The notes below the pieces were generated by a model, which was given only the letters and a program-made list of their open reading frames with translations, made no database searches and was not told where the DNA came from. DNA of 39,036 nucleotides from a virus (taxonomy: Duplodnaviria > Caudoviricetes), in IMG/VR virus record IMGVR_UViG_3300026123_000014, positions 1-39,036 of that record. The stretch is one strand, 5' to 3'. This document shows, piece after piece, positions 16,325 through 26,556 of the stretch (the first letter of the stretch is position 1; every line of letters begins with the position of its first letter). A program made the translations under genes and the position numbers.

Positions 16325-19300
16325 TCAGGGTGTATCAACGTCGCCGCGCAGTAGCAACGTGAAGTCATCGTCGGTGACGGTTTCCGGTCCTTGTTGTACT
16401 GTGCGTGCGACCCAAACAGGGAACTGGGCACCAATGGTGTTAAAGCGCAGGATGTTGCCTGTGGCCCAGCCGGTGCCCCAGCCCAGAGCCGGCAGCGAAA
16501 AATAGGGAACTCCTGTAGAGGGGTTAAGTGGTGCGCAGTCGGTACTCGTGTTGCCTGTAGCAATCACACCGACATTTTCGCCGATCACCTCAAAGGATGT
16601 GCTGTTGGTAAATCGGACGATCCACCTTTCGGCCAGTGCCCCTCGGTTGGTCACCTGTATCGGGTACTGAGTGTTGTTAAATGTAGCGGTGGCCGCTGTT
16701 CCCGATAAATCATCGGACCATGTGCCATTCCATGACGACTGGTCAAACACAAGGTTGACGCGGGCAAACAGGTCTCCAGCGATCAGGGCGCTGGCCACAA
16801 AGCTACCTGACTTGGGATCACCGACATCAGCCAGTGGATAGTCGTGTGTAATGGCTCGGGTAAAACTGATTTCACCGTTGATTTGCACGTCTCGCACAAC
16901 CGCCATGTCTTCGATTCGATGCTCAATGGTGACCGGCTGGTTGTATCCGGTAACGTCGTTGAAGGTGACGGTGCCTGCCTCCAGATCTGTGACGTAGCCT
17001 GTGTTGATCACAACACCGTTTGCATCGATCACCCTAATTCGAGATAGCCGTACTCGGCTGCAGTCGACTGTCATACCGTTGCTGACCGATGTCGTGATTC
17101 TGCCGGTGTGGCCCACTACGGCAAAACCGCCGGGGCGAAAAATGGGAACCCTGCCATCACTGGGAAGGCGGACAGGATCAATACCCAACAGGTCTGCGTC
17201 CAGTGGTAGATAGCTGTAGGCGACAGCGCTGTAACGAACCGTCGATGAAGCAACTGGCTCCGGCATAAAGATATTGCCATTAGCATCGATATTACTGGCA
17301 TCAAACCAGGGTTCGCCTTCGTTGCCGGCGGCGGGCACCACGGTACCAAAATGCACGCGAACGAGTCCGGTTTCAAAATCCACGCTGCCGGAAACCCCGT
17401 CTGACGTCAGTGTGCCATCAATGGCGGCAGTGACACTTTGAGTGCCACCGCTTGGGCTGGCGTATTGTATAGACAATGATCCTGGTCTAAGGGGTGCAGC
17501 ACCGGTGCGAAAGACGTACTCACTGGCGATACTTTCACCAACAGTGGTGACACAGCTGGCGCGCGTGAGCGTGTTGGATGTGCCGGCAGTCCAGCTGTTT
17601 AAAGCCACTTCTCCTGACAGGTAGTTGATGGTTCCCCGAGTCAACCAGCCATTGGCGGTGTACTCTCTCAGGGTACCTTGTCCGTTGTCTCCCCAGGGTT
17701 GGGAGCCGGGGATAGTCAAAACAACGGTTCCAGCGACAATCTGTGCATTGATCCCGGAGACGAGTTTGAAAGACGGAGAGAAAGTAAAGGTTTCGGTCTG
17801 ATTACTGGTAGAGCCTGGGCTGTTATAGCGAAGTTTGACGTACCCTGATTCGTCGTTGGGATAGAGCGATGGGGCGTCGATATACGTCATACCGCTGTAG
17901 TTGAGGCGATACAGCGAGCCGATGCCCCAGCCCCAGCCCAGACGTTGAGGGGAGTAATCAGGTTTCGGAATTTTGATAATGACGTCCGGGTTGAACAGAA
18001 CAGCTCCGTTGCCATAATCAACAGTGCCGATAATTTCTCCATTGAGAACAATGTTCCCTGTACCGTCATCGTGTGCCAACTGTGTTGGATCAACGCCATA
18101 GAGTCCGACCCCCATGGCCTGCAACTGTCGCAGCGTGTAGACGTTTAAAACAGAAGTGTCGGTCAGCGTGTTCCATTCGACTTCTAATGATCCGGGTTCA
18201 ATAGTTCCAAGCGTGGCGCTGACTGGGACTTGTCCTGTTCCATCGCGCGAAGGATGAACAAAATTGTCCTCTTGCTTTGGTCCCGCGACATAATCCACGG
18301 TCAGCAGGGTGCCGACTGCTGGCAATGTGTCGGGACAAAAGTCGACTTCGGCCCGGCTCGTTCGCAGCGAGCCAGTGGCATCCCCCGACAGTGTGCTCGC
18401 CGTTGTCGCATCCGCGGTTCGCGTGCCGTTGTGCTCCCAGGAAATAGAAAACGACCCGGGCTGTATGTATGTGTTAGGCGGTGGATTCAGCGTCAGCGTT
18501 TGCTGAGCCTTTAACGTGCCGATGGGCTGTGACGTTTCCTGGGTGGGAACATTCCAGGTCAAAATCAGGGCGGTACCGACATCCGGTAGAGCGCCAAGTG
18601 TTACGACGAAAGCACCGGTGTCTTTGTTGTAGGTCCCTGCGCCGTAACTGGCATCCAGACCTTTCAGCGAGCCGTTACCCGCATCGGCTAATACATACCA
18701 ACGGCCCTGAGCCATGTAGCTAATGGAGAAGGTGCTGGGTTGCGCGGTTGGAATGATGGTACCCACGTAGGACTGACTGCGTGATTCAGGGGTTACCAGA
18801 ATCTCTGAGCTTTGTGGGGCACGGAGTATTTGTGCGGCCGGTGTGTAGGTGATTTGCTTGCTGCCCGACATGGTGCCGGAGTTCAACACGAGAATGCCGT
18901 TGGCATAATCAATGGTCCCAATCACACCGCTGGTGGTTTTCAAAATACCGGCATCATCAAAAATAGTAATGCCATTGGTCGTCATGCTGAATGAACCGGG
19001 CAGACAGCCACCGGGTAAATTAAAGTTCAGACTAGTCGTCCAGTTATGGCTTGCCGTGTAAGTGAGTGCTTCTGCACCAGGCACGGGCAGTCCGGCTGCG
19101 GAGTACGGTGGCACAAAAGAGATCGGCGTTTCCGTCTGGGCGCTCGGCACCAATTGGGTGTAAATCGATTCACCTTTGATTGTGAAGTCACCTAGGTTCG
19201 CCGCTTGGGTTAAGGGCACCACACCGACATAGGTGCCGGCATCGGCCACCACGGTATCACGCGTTTTAGTACTGCCATTGGCACGCGTAAACAGGCGTGA

Positions 19301-19921
19301 TGGCGGAGAGCCGGTGAAGTCATAACGGAGCGCATCGCTGATTTCCAAGGTTACGATGTTGGCTTGGTAGTCCTGATCTTCGTTGTAGGTAAAGGTGCGC
19401 TCTACGACCGATACCGAGGTGGCACGGATGTATTGTTCTTGTTCGGTGCTTAACCCTTCATCCTGAATCAATACCAGAGTTTGACCAACGTTGGGGATGG
19501 CTGCCGTGACGCGCTGAAATAGCTGGACTACCCTCTGACCGGCGATATGGTTCTCAAACAAGTAGCCTGCCCATTCTGGGCCCTTGTTGAGATAGGCCTC
19601 AATACGGGTTTGTGCCTGTGATCGAGTATCGAAAGTCTTTTCAGTCGAGAATAGGGTGACGCTTACGCGAGGGTCTGCCGGTGGCTCTGCCACGATGACG
19701 TTGCCCCCAAAATAGGTGTCCGTGTCGTCTGTCTGTACTGACAAGAAGGTTTTGCGTAAGTTGACGCGACCACCGGCCCGGTCTAGTTCGGATATGTCGG
19801 GGAAGATAGCGTTGGATATCCCGTCTTCGATCACATTGCCGGTTGGGGCATTGCCACCTTCGGGTACATCCGCCATGACGGCCGATTTGAGTAGTTTGAC
19901 GTCGCCGGATTGAATCGGCAT
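16325..19921 (-). CDS. Large tail tip protein with internal beta repeats
   Basis: 1198 aa after the distal tail gene; FPDISELDRAGGRVNLRK N-terminus; repeated PGS..GT(I/V)DY..G units. Confidence 0.75.
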   Translation of the reverse strand: MPIQSGDVKLLKSAVMADVPEGGNAPTGNVIEDGISNAIFPDISELDRAGGRVNLRKTFLSVQTDDTDTYFGGNVIVAEPPADPRVSVTLFSTEKTFDTRSQAQTRIEAYLNKGPEWAGYLFENHIAGQRVVQLFQRVTAAIPNVGQTLVLIQDEGLSTEQEQYIRATSVSVVERTFTYNEDQDYQANIVTLEISDALRYDFTGSPPSRLFTRANGSTKTRDTVVADAGTYVGVVPLTQAANLGDFTIKGESIYTQLVPSAQTETPISFVPPYSAAGLPVPGAEALTYTASHNWTTSLNFNLPGGCLPGSFSMTTNGITIFDDAGILKTTSGVIGTIDYANGILVLNSGTMSGSKQITYTPAAQILRAPQSSEILVTPESRSQSYVGTIIPTAQPSTFSISYMAQGRWYVLADAGNGSLKGLDASYGAGTYNKDTGAFVVTLGALPDVGTALILTWNVPTQETSQPIGTLKAQQTLTLNPPPNTYIQPGSFSISWEHNGTRTADATTASTLSGDATGSLRTSRAEVDFCPDTLPAVGTLLTVDYVAGPKQEDNFVHPSRDGTGQVPVSATLGTIEPGSLEVEWNTLTDTSVLNVYTLRQLQAMGVGLYGVDPTQLAHDDGTGNIVLNGEIIGTVDYGNGAVLFNPDVIIKIPKPDYSPQRLGWGWGIGSLYRLNYSGMTYIDAPSLYPNDESGYVKLRYNSPGSTSNQTETFTFSPSFKLVSGINAQIVAGTVVLTIPGSQPWGDNGQGTLREYTANGWLTRGTINYLSGEVALNSWTAGTSNTLTRASCVTTVGESIASEYVFRTGAAPLRPGSLSIQYASPSGGTQSVTAAIDGTLTSDGVSGSVDFETGLVRVHFGTVVPAAGNEGEPWFDASNIDANGNIFMPEPVASSTVRYSAVAYSYLPLDADLLGIDPVRLPSDGRVPIFRPGGFAVVGHTGRITTSVSNGMTVDCSRVRLSRIRVIDANGVVINTGYVTDLEAGTVTFNDVTGYNQPVTIEHRIEDMAVVRDVQINGEISFTRAITHDYPLADVGDPKSGSFVASALIAGDLFARVNLVFDQSSWNGTWSDDLSGTAATATFNNTQYPIQVTNRGALAERWIVRFTNSTSFEVIGENVGVIATGNTSTDCAPLNPSTGVPYFSLPALGWGTGWATGNILRFNTIGAQFPVWVARTVQQGPETVTDDDFTLLLRGDVDTP

Positions 19922-19922
19922 G

Positions 19923-20330
19923 TTAGAGCTCCAGTAAACGTAGGGTTAGGCGGTAGAAGTCTTGGTCGGATTTGGCAGCGATACCAAGAGCAGGCTCAGC
20001 TTCCACGGGTGTATCGTCATGGCGAAAGGCCACAGTGAATTGGCGGCCATCACTCAGGGTTAATTGATGGCGTCCGTCGGTATCGCTGAGTACGATACTC
20101 GCCCAGTCATGCAATGTTTCGACGGTGGCTCGAGTGACCCAAGCCATGTCAGCAGGTCCCACTAGGCTGATATGACGACCAGTTTGCTTGGCAGCTGACT
20201 GAACGATCATCGCGCCAGTAATGGTGTAGGACACGCTTGATACTGTAGGTGCCCAGTTATATTCGTCCTGCCAAATCAGATCGTCCGGCAGGGGAAGTTG
20301 CTCATTGGTTATGAGGTTCGTGAGTTGCAT
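19923..20330 (-). CDS. Distal tail protein-like
   Basis: 135 aa directly after the tape measure; LPDDLIWQDEYNW. Confidence 0.65.
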   Translation of the reverse strand: MQLTNLITNEQLPLPDDLIWQDEYNWAPTVSSVSYTITGAMIVQSAAKQTGRHISLVGPADMAWVTRATVETLHDWASIVLSDTDGRHQLTLSDGRQFTVAFRHDDTPVEAEPALGIAAKSDQDFYRLTLRLLEL

Positions 20331-20381
20331 CGTCGGATGTCTTTTTAAGTTATTCTTACGGGAATAAACTAAACCCGTGGA

Positions 20382-23300
20382 TTAAATGGAACGCGCTTTA
20401 GCCGCACTCAGTAATTGCAGGAATTGGTTTTCATCTCGAGCATCAATCGATGCACTGACTTTGCGGTCACCTGATACCAATTCCACTCGTACAGTTCGTA
20501 CCGGCGTGTTATCTGCAAATTGAGGGCGACCTATGGGCGCTGTCATGGCATTCACTAATCCTCCTGTAGCAAAACCCTGAACGCGCTGGGCGATGGCTTG
20601 AGCCGGCATCGATAGGTTGTTAATGGCAGCAAAGAAGTCCGCACCATATTGGTTGACCGCACCTTTACTCACCACATATTCGCCCGGTGTCAGCATGGCA
20701 GGTACGGTGTCGGAGGGTGCGATACCCCCACGACGAAAGAACTCGCCTTGGTGTTGCTCCATGTAATCAAGCAGATCGCGTTCGAAGTCCTTACCCCATA
20801 ACAAAGGCTTGGCCATGGCTTTTCGCCAGGTCTCGGTGATGGATTGCAGTTGCTGTTGTTCGTTCGTGGTGAGTTCTTTGCGACCCACTAGCTTCTGTAA
20901 CGTATGACGATCATTCACCGCGCGTTCGTTGTAACTTTGCATGGTGTTCCAACGCAGCCGAGGACTCGCGTGCGCACCATAACGACGTTGCAACCAAGTG
21001 ACGTATTGGTCGATGCCTTTCATGCCAAGCTCAATCATCTTCTGCGCCTCGAACACTTGGCGGTTCTTTTTGATCGGGACGCTGTTGCCGGTGAGGCGTG
21101 AGACAAAGCCACCCGTGGCAAATTGTTTGAGTTGTTCCATACCGTACTTTTTGACCGCAGCTTTGCGTAGAACAAAGGCGCCACTGTCGAGAGTTCTCGG
21201 TACCGTGTCTTGATCGCCAGAGCCTGGAACTTTGCCGCTATTCATGCGGGGAAATAGGGGGGATACCTCGCCGCCGGTTGCAAAGCGCTGAACCATGCTT
21301 CCAACTAAACCGCCATCAGCATTTACCTCAACCTTGCGAACATAGATCGTGTGGGTACTCGAGGTATTGGCGTTGTTGAGTGAGTTGATTTCACTTCTTA
21401 CTGCACTAGCGTTGGTTTGTATCGCATGGCGCGACTCGGTTTCGATCCGATTCAGTGCGGTGATTTGGCGCTCAACATTGCCAATAGCGGCTTGTGCTTT
21501 ATCAACGCTGACTTGCAGATCCACACGGCCACTTTCCTTGGCGTAGGTTTTAAATTGTTCCAGTGTGGCCTTGGCCTTTTCCACCTCTATTTTGGCTTCA
21601 ACAGGGAGTGTTTCACCGGCTTTGATTTTTTGCTCGTACTCTTCAAGCGTCTTTTCCGCATGGCTGAGATCAGCTTGTACATCCAACAAATAGGATTTTT
21701 CAGCAAGCGCATTATCAAGGTCGGCCAGCGCTTGGGTGAATTTGGAGCTGTCTGCTTTCAGCGTGATGGCCATCCCCTTGGCCAACTGCTGACTTAAGTC
21801 ATCGACCTGATTTTCGGTTTGTGTCAGCGTCGTTTGAATATCCTGACGTGCTGAAATAGCCTCTTGCGCCGCAGATTGATGTGCTTGCCCTTCGCCATCT
21901 AGAGCGCGGCTCAACAGATCCTCGGACGCACGTATGGCATCGATAGCGTTATTGACGTCACGCTTACTGCTGACGATTTCTTGATCCGCCGAACGGGTTT
22001 TGTCGTGGATGTCGGCTCGCAGATCATCAGCCTGCTGCATCAAGTCACGGGCGCGGTCGAACTCTCCGCGACGCGAGGCATCACGCGCTTGGGATTCCAG
22101 TTGTACAACGCGGCTAAAGTCTTGCTCCGATCGATTGCGAGTATCGGCGGCACGCTTGGCTTCACTGGTTTGGGTGGTGGCAACTTGTGCTGCCAGATCC
22201 ATGGCTTTTTGAGCGAATTTCTTGGCGTCGTCGAATTCACCTGCGGCCAGCAATCGGCGCGCTTCGGCCTGGTATTCCTGAATCTGTTTCTTGCGATCTT
22301 CGTTAGCCTCGAAGTCGCTCATACCCTGACGCTGGATTTCGCGAATCCGTTCTTCGGTCGACATCGACAGGAATCGTTTTTGTTCCTCAATGCGTTGGAT
22401 TTCGGTTAAATGCCGGTTCGCTTCATCGTTTAAGGCATCGATGTGTTGACGGTATTCGTCAATGGCAATTTGCAGGGTTTGGCGCTTGGTGGCGAGGATA
22501 TCATTTTCCACTCGCTGCACATTGGCGCTTCGCTCCTGTTCGGTATCACCTTGGCGACTGGCTGCTTCAATGCGTGCTTGTGATTCCTCGTCAATCAGCC
22601 GTAGCGTTTCATCACTGGCTTGCTGACGCAGTTGGGTTTGTTCATTGAGACTTTCGGTCAGAAGTTCAGTGGCTTCGCGGATCTTGGTTTTCTGCGATTG
22701 ATTGGAGAGTTCCAGTTCCGCTTTCTCTGCCTCAAAGCGTGCTTTCACCGCATCGACTTGTTCTGTCATGGCGGCGGCAACATCGTCCGTCAGCGTTTTA
22801 TAAGCCTGAGCCATATTGGCGGTAGCTGAGCTAATCACACCATTGGCTTGTGAGATGGTTTTCTCGACTTCTCCGATGCGTGTGTTGAGTTTACCCAGTG
22901 TGTCGCGCAGGGCTTCAACACCCCGACCGACTGCCTCTTGGGTCCCTTGACGCACCGCATCGAGTCGTTTAGCGATAGCCTCGGCGGTATCACCAGCTGC
23001 AGTCATGGCATCTGTAGCCGCGCTGCTAGCCCCCTCCGCATCCGCATACATCTGAGCAAAAATGCTATTCATATCACCCAGACGTTGTTCATGACGGGCC
23101 GTCGCTTCATCAATGGTGTCGGAGGTAAACACCGCAGCGAAGGCTTCCCAACGGTACTGCATCTCCTCAATGCCTTTCATCAGCACTTCGACCATGAACA
23201 CGCCGGCTTTACGGACGATCTCAAACTTGTCCGACAGCCATGTGCCGATTTCCCAACCCACTAAAAATGCGCTGAGTGCTGCAAAGGCCGTATTGAGAAA

Positions 23301-24365
23301 ACCAACGCTGGCCGTCGCAGCGAATACACTCAAATTAGCTGTTGCCCATGCCGCCTTTGCGGTAGCTGCGGCAGTCACCGCTGCTGCACCGACCGTTTGC
23401 CAGGCGGTAATGAGTGCGGGTATTAACCGGTAAGTGAGTACCATCAATCCGGCTTCCATCAATATCTTGATCGCTGCCATTACCGTATCGATGTTTTCGG
23501 CTAGCCAGGTCATGGCCTCGGCCAGTTTTTGACTGAAACCAGTCGCTTCGTCAACACGGCTCACCCACTGACCGAAAGCATTCTCCAGCCGCGTGTAGGC
23601 TTGCGATACAGTCGCTGGAAGTTGGGAATACTCTTGTTCCAGTGTGTCCTTTTGGCTCATCAAGGCGCCAACCACTACATCAGCGGTGAGCTTGCCTTCT
23701 TCGGCCATTTTGCGAAGACGTCCGATCGGGACGTTTAAGCCATCGGCGAGGGCTCGGGCCAGACGGGGTGAGTTTTCAACCACCGAGTTAAACTCTTCGC
23801 CTCGTAAAACGCCTGCCGATAATGCCTGACCAAACTGCAGTAAGGCCGATTGAGCTTCAGTCGCCGATGAACCCGAGATGCGTAAGGCCTGAGAGATACT
23901 CTCGGTGAGTTGAAAGGCTTGTTCTTGTTCACCGCCGAGTTGGCGCACCGCAAGTTGCAGTTTCCCATACAGCGTTGCCATTTCCTGGATCGGTACACCG
24001 ATGCGCTGGGCGATATCAAACAACTGCTCTTGAGCGGTGATGAATTCCTGTTGGCCAGCAGTAGCGAGTTTCAGGCGCGCGGCCATGGAGTTCCACGCAT
24101 CGGCAATTTGTACAATCTCTTGGACCTTACCCGCCGCCCAGTTGATGGTCAAAAAGGCGAGCAGTTGGGTCTTGGCTTTGGAGACCTGATCACCGAAGGC
24201 CGCCACACCCGCTTTTACGTCAGCCATACCTTGGGCCGTTTTGTCACCGGCGGCCCGTGCACTGGAGGATAAATCGTCCATCGACTTGCCGGCGTCATTG
24301 ATGGCTTTCTTCAAGCCCTCATCGGCGGCGTCGAGTGCAATCAGTATGGAGATGCGTTTGGCCAT
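20382..24365 (-). CDS. Tail tape measure protein
   Basis: 1327 aa, Ala-rich helical; QFGQALSAGVLRGEEFNSVVEN tape-measure signature; C-terminal FATGG/DTVPAMLTPGEYV motifs. Confidence 0.95.
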   Translation of the reverse strand: MAKRISILIALDAADEGLKKAINDAGKSMDDLSSSARAAGDKTAQGMADVKAGVAAFGDQVSKAKTQLLAFLTINWAAGKVQEIVQIADAWNSMAARLKLATAGQQEFITAQEQLFDIAQRIGVPIQEMATLYGKLQLAVRQLGGEQEQAFQLTESISQALRISGSSATEAQSALLQFGQALSAGVLRGEEFNSVVENSPRLARALADGLNVPIGRLRKMAEEGKLTADVVVGALMSQKDTLEQEYSQLPATVSQAYTRLENAFGQWVSRVDEATGFSQKLAEAMTWLAENIDTVMAAIKILMEAGLMVLTYRLIPALITAWQTVGAAAVTAAATAKAAWATANLSVFAATASVGFLNTAFAALSAFLVGWEIGTWLSDKFEIVRKAGVFMVEVLMKGIEEMQYRWEAFAAVFTSDTIDEATARHEQRLGDMNSIFAQMYADAEGASSAATDAMTAAGDTAEAIAKRLDAVRQGTQEAVGRGVEALRDTLGKLNTRIGEVEKTISQANGVISSATANMAQAYKTLTDDVAAAMTEQVDAVKARFEAEKAELELSNQSQKTKIREATELLTESLNEQTQLRQQASDETLRLIDEESQARIEAASRQGDTEQERSANVQRVENDILATKRQTLQIAIDEYRQHIDALNDEANRHLTEIQRIEEQKRFLSMSTEERIREIQRQGMSDFEANEDRKKQIQEYQAEARRLLAAGEFDDAKKFAQKAMDLAAQVATTQTSEAKRAADTRNRSEQDFSRVVQLESQARDASRRGEFDRARDLMQQADDLRADIHDKTRSADQEIVSSKRDVNNAIDAIRASEDLLSRALDGEGQAHQSAAQEAISARQDIQTTLTQTENQVDDLSQQLAKGMAITLKADSSKFTQALADLDNALAEKSYLLDVQADLSHAEKTLEEYEQKIKAGETLPVEAKIEVEKAKATLEQFKTYAKESGRVDLQVSVDKAQAAIGNVERQITALNRIETESRHAIQTNASAVRSEINSLNNANTSSTHTIYVRKVEVNADGGLVGSMVQRFATGGEVSPLFPRMNSGKVPGSGDQDTVPRTLDSGAFVLRKAAVKKYGMEQLKQFATGGFVSRLTGNSVPIKKNRQVFEAQKMIELGMKGIDQYVTWLQRRYGAHASPRLRWNTMQSYNERAVNDRHTLQKLVGRKELTTNEQQQLQSITETWRKAMAKPLLWGKDFERDLLDYMEQHQGEFFRRGGIAPSDTVPAMLTPGEYVVSKGAVNQYGADFFAAINNLSMPAQAIAQRVQGFATGGLVNAMTAPIGRPQFADNTPVRTVRVELVSGDRKVSASIDARDENQFLQLLSAAKARSI

Positions 24366-24381
24366 GGGTTAACAAAACTTC

Positions 24382-25026
24382 CTATTCAAGGGTGGCGATA
24401 AAATCTTCGATGCGTTGTGACAGTTTGGGGATACGGTTATTGACCAAGCGTTCCACGTTCAGGCGCTTTTTGAGCATGACGCGAGGGACGAGTACCGCAA
24501 TCGGAATAGCCTCGCCGCGTTTCAGTCGTTTCGTTCCGGTGGTCTTTCGGTAATGACTTTTAAACTTTCTAAGGGGTCGATCGAATTCCTTTTGGTTTTC
24601 GGCCATCAGCACCAAGTTGCCCTTACTGTTTTTGACAAAGAAGGCGTTGCCACCACGCATTAGTTCGGTGACTTGTTGCTTGAAGCGCTTGCGACCGACG
24701 CGGCCGTTCACTGGAATCAACATGCGTTTGTTAATCGAGCCGCCTTGTTCATGCATGCCAGACCACGGGATGCGTGATCCAACATACAGAGCCGGTAGAC
24801 GGTTCTTGTCACCATCCAAGGCACGTGCGGTAAAGCCCTTCAGAAACGATTTGCGAGCCACACTGAGATTCGCCCCGACATGCTCTCGCACATCTTCACG
24901 AATCTCGCGAGCTTCAGTGGCAATGGCCCGCACAACGGTTTTTTGCATCTTGGTGCGAAACTCACCGCCCCATTGGCGCAGGTGAGCTTTGGCCTTAACG
25001 CTGTCGAGTGTGATGTGGATTTTCAT
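24382..25026 (-). CDS. Basic tail completion/minor tail protein (gpZ-like, DUF6441-like)
   Basis: 214 aa, very Lys/Arg-rich, with an HEQGG motif; in the tail operon. Confidence 0.6.
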   Translation of the reverse strand: MKIHITLDSVKAKAHLRQWGGEFRTKMQKTVVRAIATEAREIREDVREHVGANLSVARKSFLKGFTARALDGDKNRLPALYVGSRIPWSGMHEQGGSINKRMLIPVNGRVGRKRFKQQVTELMRGGNAFFVKNSKGNLVLMAENQKEFDRPLRKFKSHYRKTTGTKRLKRGEAIPIAVLVPRVMLKKRLNVERLVNNRIPKLSQRIEDFIATLE

Positions 25027-25307
25027 AACAGGCCTGAGAGCCGATCGAGGGTTTTATCCACTTGCTTGGGGTCACCTCGTGAAGCGAGTGTGATCAGATT
25101 CAGCCACCTCGCATCCTGTTGTCGTTGCTGACGCTCGATGGCGGCTAAAAAGGCATTCACTTGCGCCAAGGTATAATCGAGGATGTCGGTGAATCGATGT
25201 CCGTGATCAATCAGGACTTGGATGGCGTCGAACCATCCTTGCTGGTGACTTTCCCGACCTGGGTGAACAGGCCGTCCAGTCGAGGCAGCACTGTCCGAGT
25301 AAAAAAA
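25023..25307 (-). CDS. Tail assembly chaperone -1 frameshift extension (gpT-like)
   Basis: The -1 frame is open from the U7 run at 25301-25307 to TGA at 25023-25025, which overlaps the next ATG: ...WFDAIQVLIDHGHRFTDILDYTLAQVNAFL... Confidence 0.75.
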   Translation of the reverse strand, partial: FFYSDSAASTGRPVHPGRESHQQGWFDAIQVLIDHGHRFTDILDYTLAQVNAFLAAIERQQRQQDARWLNLITLASRGDPKQVDKTLDRLSGLL

Positions 25308-25603
25308 TCGGCGTTCACCTCAATGACTTTGGCTGCCAGTAAAATGGCCTCGTCTGCCGCCAAATCATCGACCCATTTTTGCGGTTTGTTTATCGCAATC
25401 GCGACGGCTCGCAGAAGATCCTCTCCGCGCTCACCAAACAGCGATAACCAGTCCACACCTTCATCCGTGATTTGCTTCATCACCGGGGCAAGGACACGTA
25501 GAAAGGCTGGCATTTGACCGACACGCAGCGGGCTTATCGAAATGGTTTCACCATTCAATGTCAGCTCAGAGGTTGTAGGCACTAATTTATCGAGATCACT
25601 CAT
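25211..25603 (-). CDS. Tail assembly chaperone (gpG-like)
   Basis: 130 aa between tail tube and tape measure; contains slippery T TTT TTT at VNADFF. Confidence 0.8.
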   Translation of the reverse strand: MSDLDKLVPTTSELTLNGETISISPLRVGQMPAFLRVLAPVMKQITDEGVDWLSLFGERGEDLLRAVAIAINKPQKWVDDLAADEAILLAAKVIEVNADFFTRTVLPRLDGLFTQVGKVTSKDGSTPSKS

Positions 25604-25614
25604 GGTTTAGCTCC

Positions 25615-26367
25615 TTACAACTGCACAATGCGGCCAAACTGACCCAGAACAGCATCAAACGGTTTGGTGCTATCCGCTAGCAGTGAGCCTTCCAGTTCAA
25701 ACTTGTTGTAGTCGTCCGAGATGAACGAGATTTCCTTGAGCGGATCGAAGGCAACGCGATAGAGCTCAACTAAGACCTTGGCGTTGTCTTGGGCAGTGTT
25801 AATTCCTTCGAGGCGTAGATAACGCTCCGGCAGTGCTTGGGTGAAAATGCCAATTTCGGTCGCCACACCGTAGGCATAACTGGCTTTGAAGGGTGCAGTA
25901 AAGCCTGTGGTATCGAGGAACTGGATGGCACCAAAGTCGGTGTCTGCGGTGTAATGGGTCCCGAGGGTCAATGTCGCAGGTGTACCAGCAGAGTCGGTGA
26001 CAACCAGGCTCGATACTTTGGGGTGAGCCAAGAAATAACGATCGCCTACAACGGGTGTGGCGCCGCCAATGGGTTCATCGGTGACGGTACCCGGTTCACC
26101 GACAACGTGAGTACCATAAAGTGCCAAGGCGAGGTTTTCTTTGGTGAATTCCTCAATGGTTAGCATCACCGTCGCCGACTTTTGTTTCACCATGCGATGG
26201 TCTAGCGTGCGTTGGCCACTTTGGCTTTCGTAATGTTCTAGCACATCGGTTTTAAGCGCCAGTTTCAGTTCTGCGACGTTGCCGGGTGAGCGAACATCGA
26301 GGGGATTCCCGTCAGTATCGCGTTTGCCAAGATAGACTCGGCCTTGAAAGGAAGCATAGGTACTCAT
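25615..26367 (-). CDS. Major tail tube protein
   Basis: 250 aa; QGRVYLG...GNVAELKL...EHYESQSG...LEGINTA...VELYRV; position before the chaperone. Confidence 0.8.
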   Translation of the reverse strand: MSTYASFQGRVYLGKRDTDGNPLDVRSPGNVAELKLALKTDVLEHYESQSGQRTLDHRMVKQKSATVMLTIEEFTKENLALALYGTHVVGEPGTVTDEPIGGATPVVGDRYFLAHPKVSSLVVTDSAGTPATLTLGTHYTADTDFGAIQFLDTTGFTAPFKASYAYGVATEIGIFTQALPERYLRLEGINTAQDNAKVLVELYRVAFDPLKEISFISDDYNKFELEGSLLADSTKPFDAVLGQFGRIVQL

Positions 26368-26552
26368 GATTGGGAATCCTTGCGGGTAGCAGTTTTGGTA
26401 TCAGTGTCAGTGTTGGGTGTGGTGGTTTTGAGACGGGCAACGCCTTGTTCGACGAGCCATTCAGCGGTGGCGGTATCGACCTCAAGTCGCTTGCCAGCGG
26501 CATAGGCCACACCCGCATGGGTATGGGCTTGGTTTAAAATAATTTGGGGCAT
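26364..26552 (-). CDS. Small virion-associated protein
   Basis: 62 aa; HTHAGVAY..G..LEVD...AEWL. Confidence 0.6.
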   Translation of the reverse strand: MPQIILNQAHTHAGVAYAAGKRLEVDTATAEWLVEQGVARLKTTTPNTDTDTKTATRKDSQS

Positions 26553-26556
26553 GGGA

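Noticed and set aside
25249-25255. Lambda-type GGGAAAG slippery heptamer in the chaperone gene
   Set aside because: It is read GGG AAA G in the zero frame, the wrong phase for tandem -1 slippage; the U7 run at 25301-25307 is correctly phased
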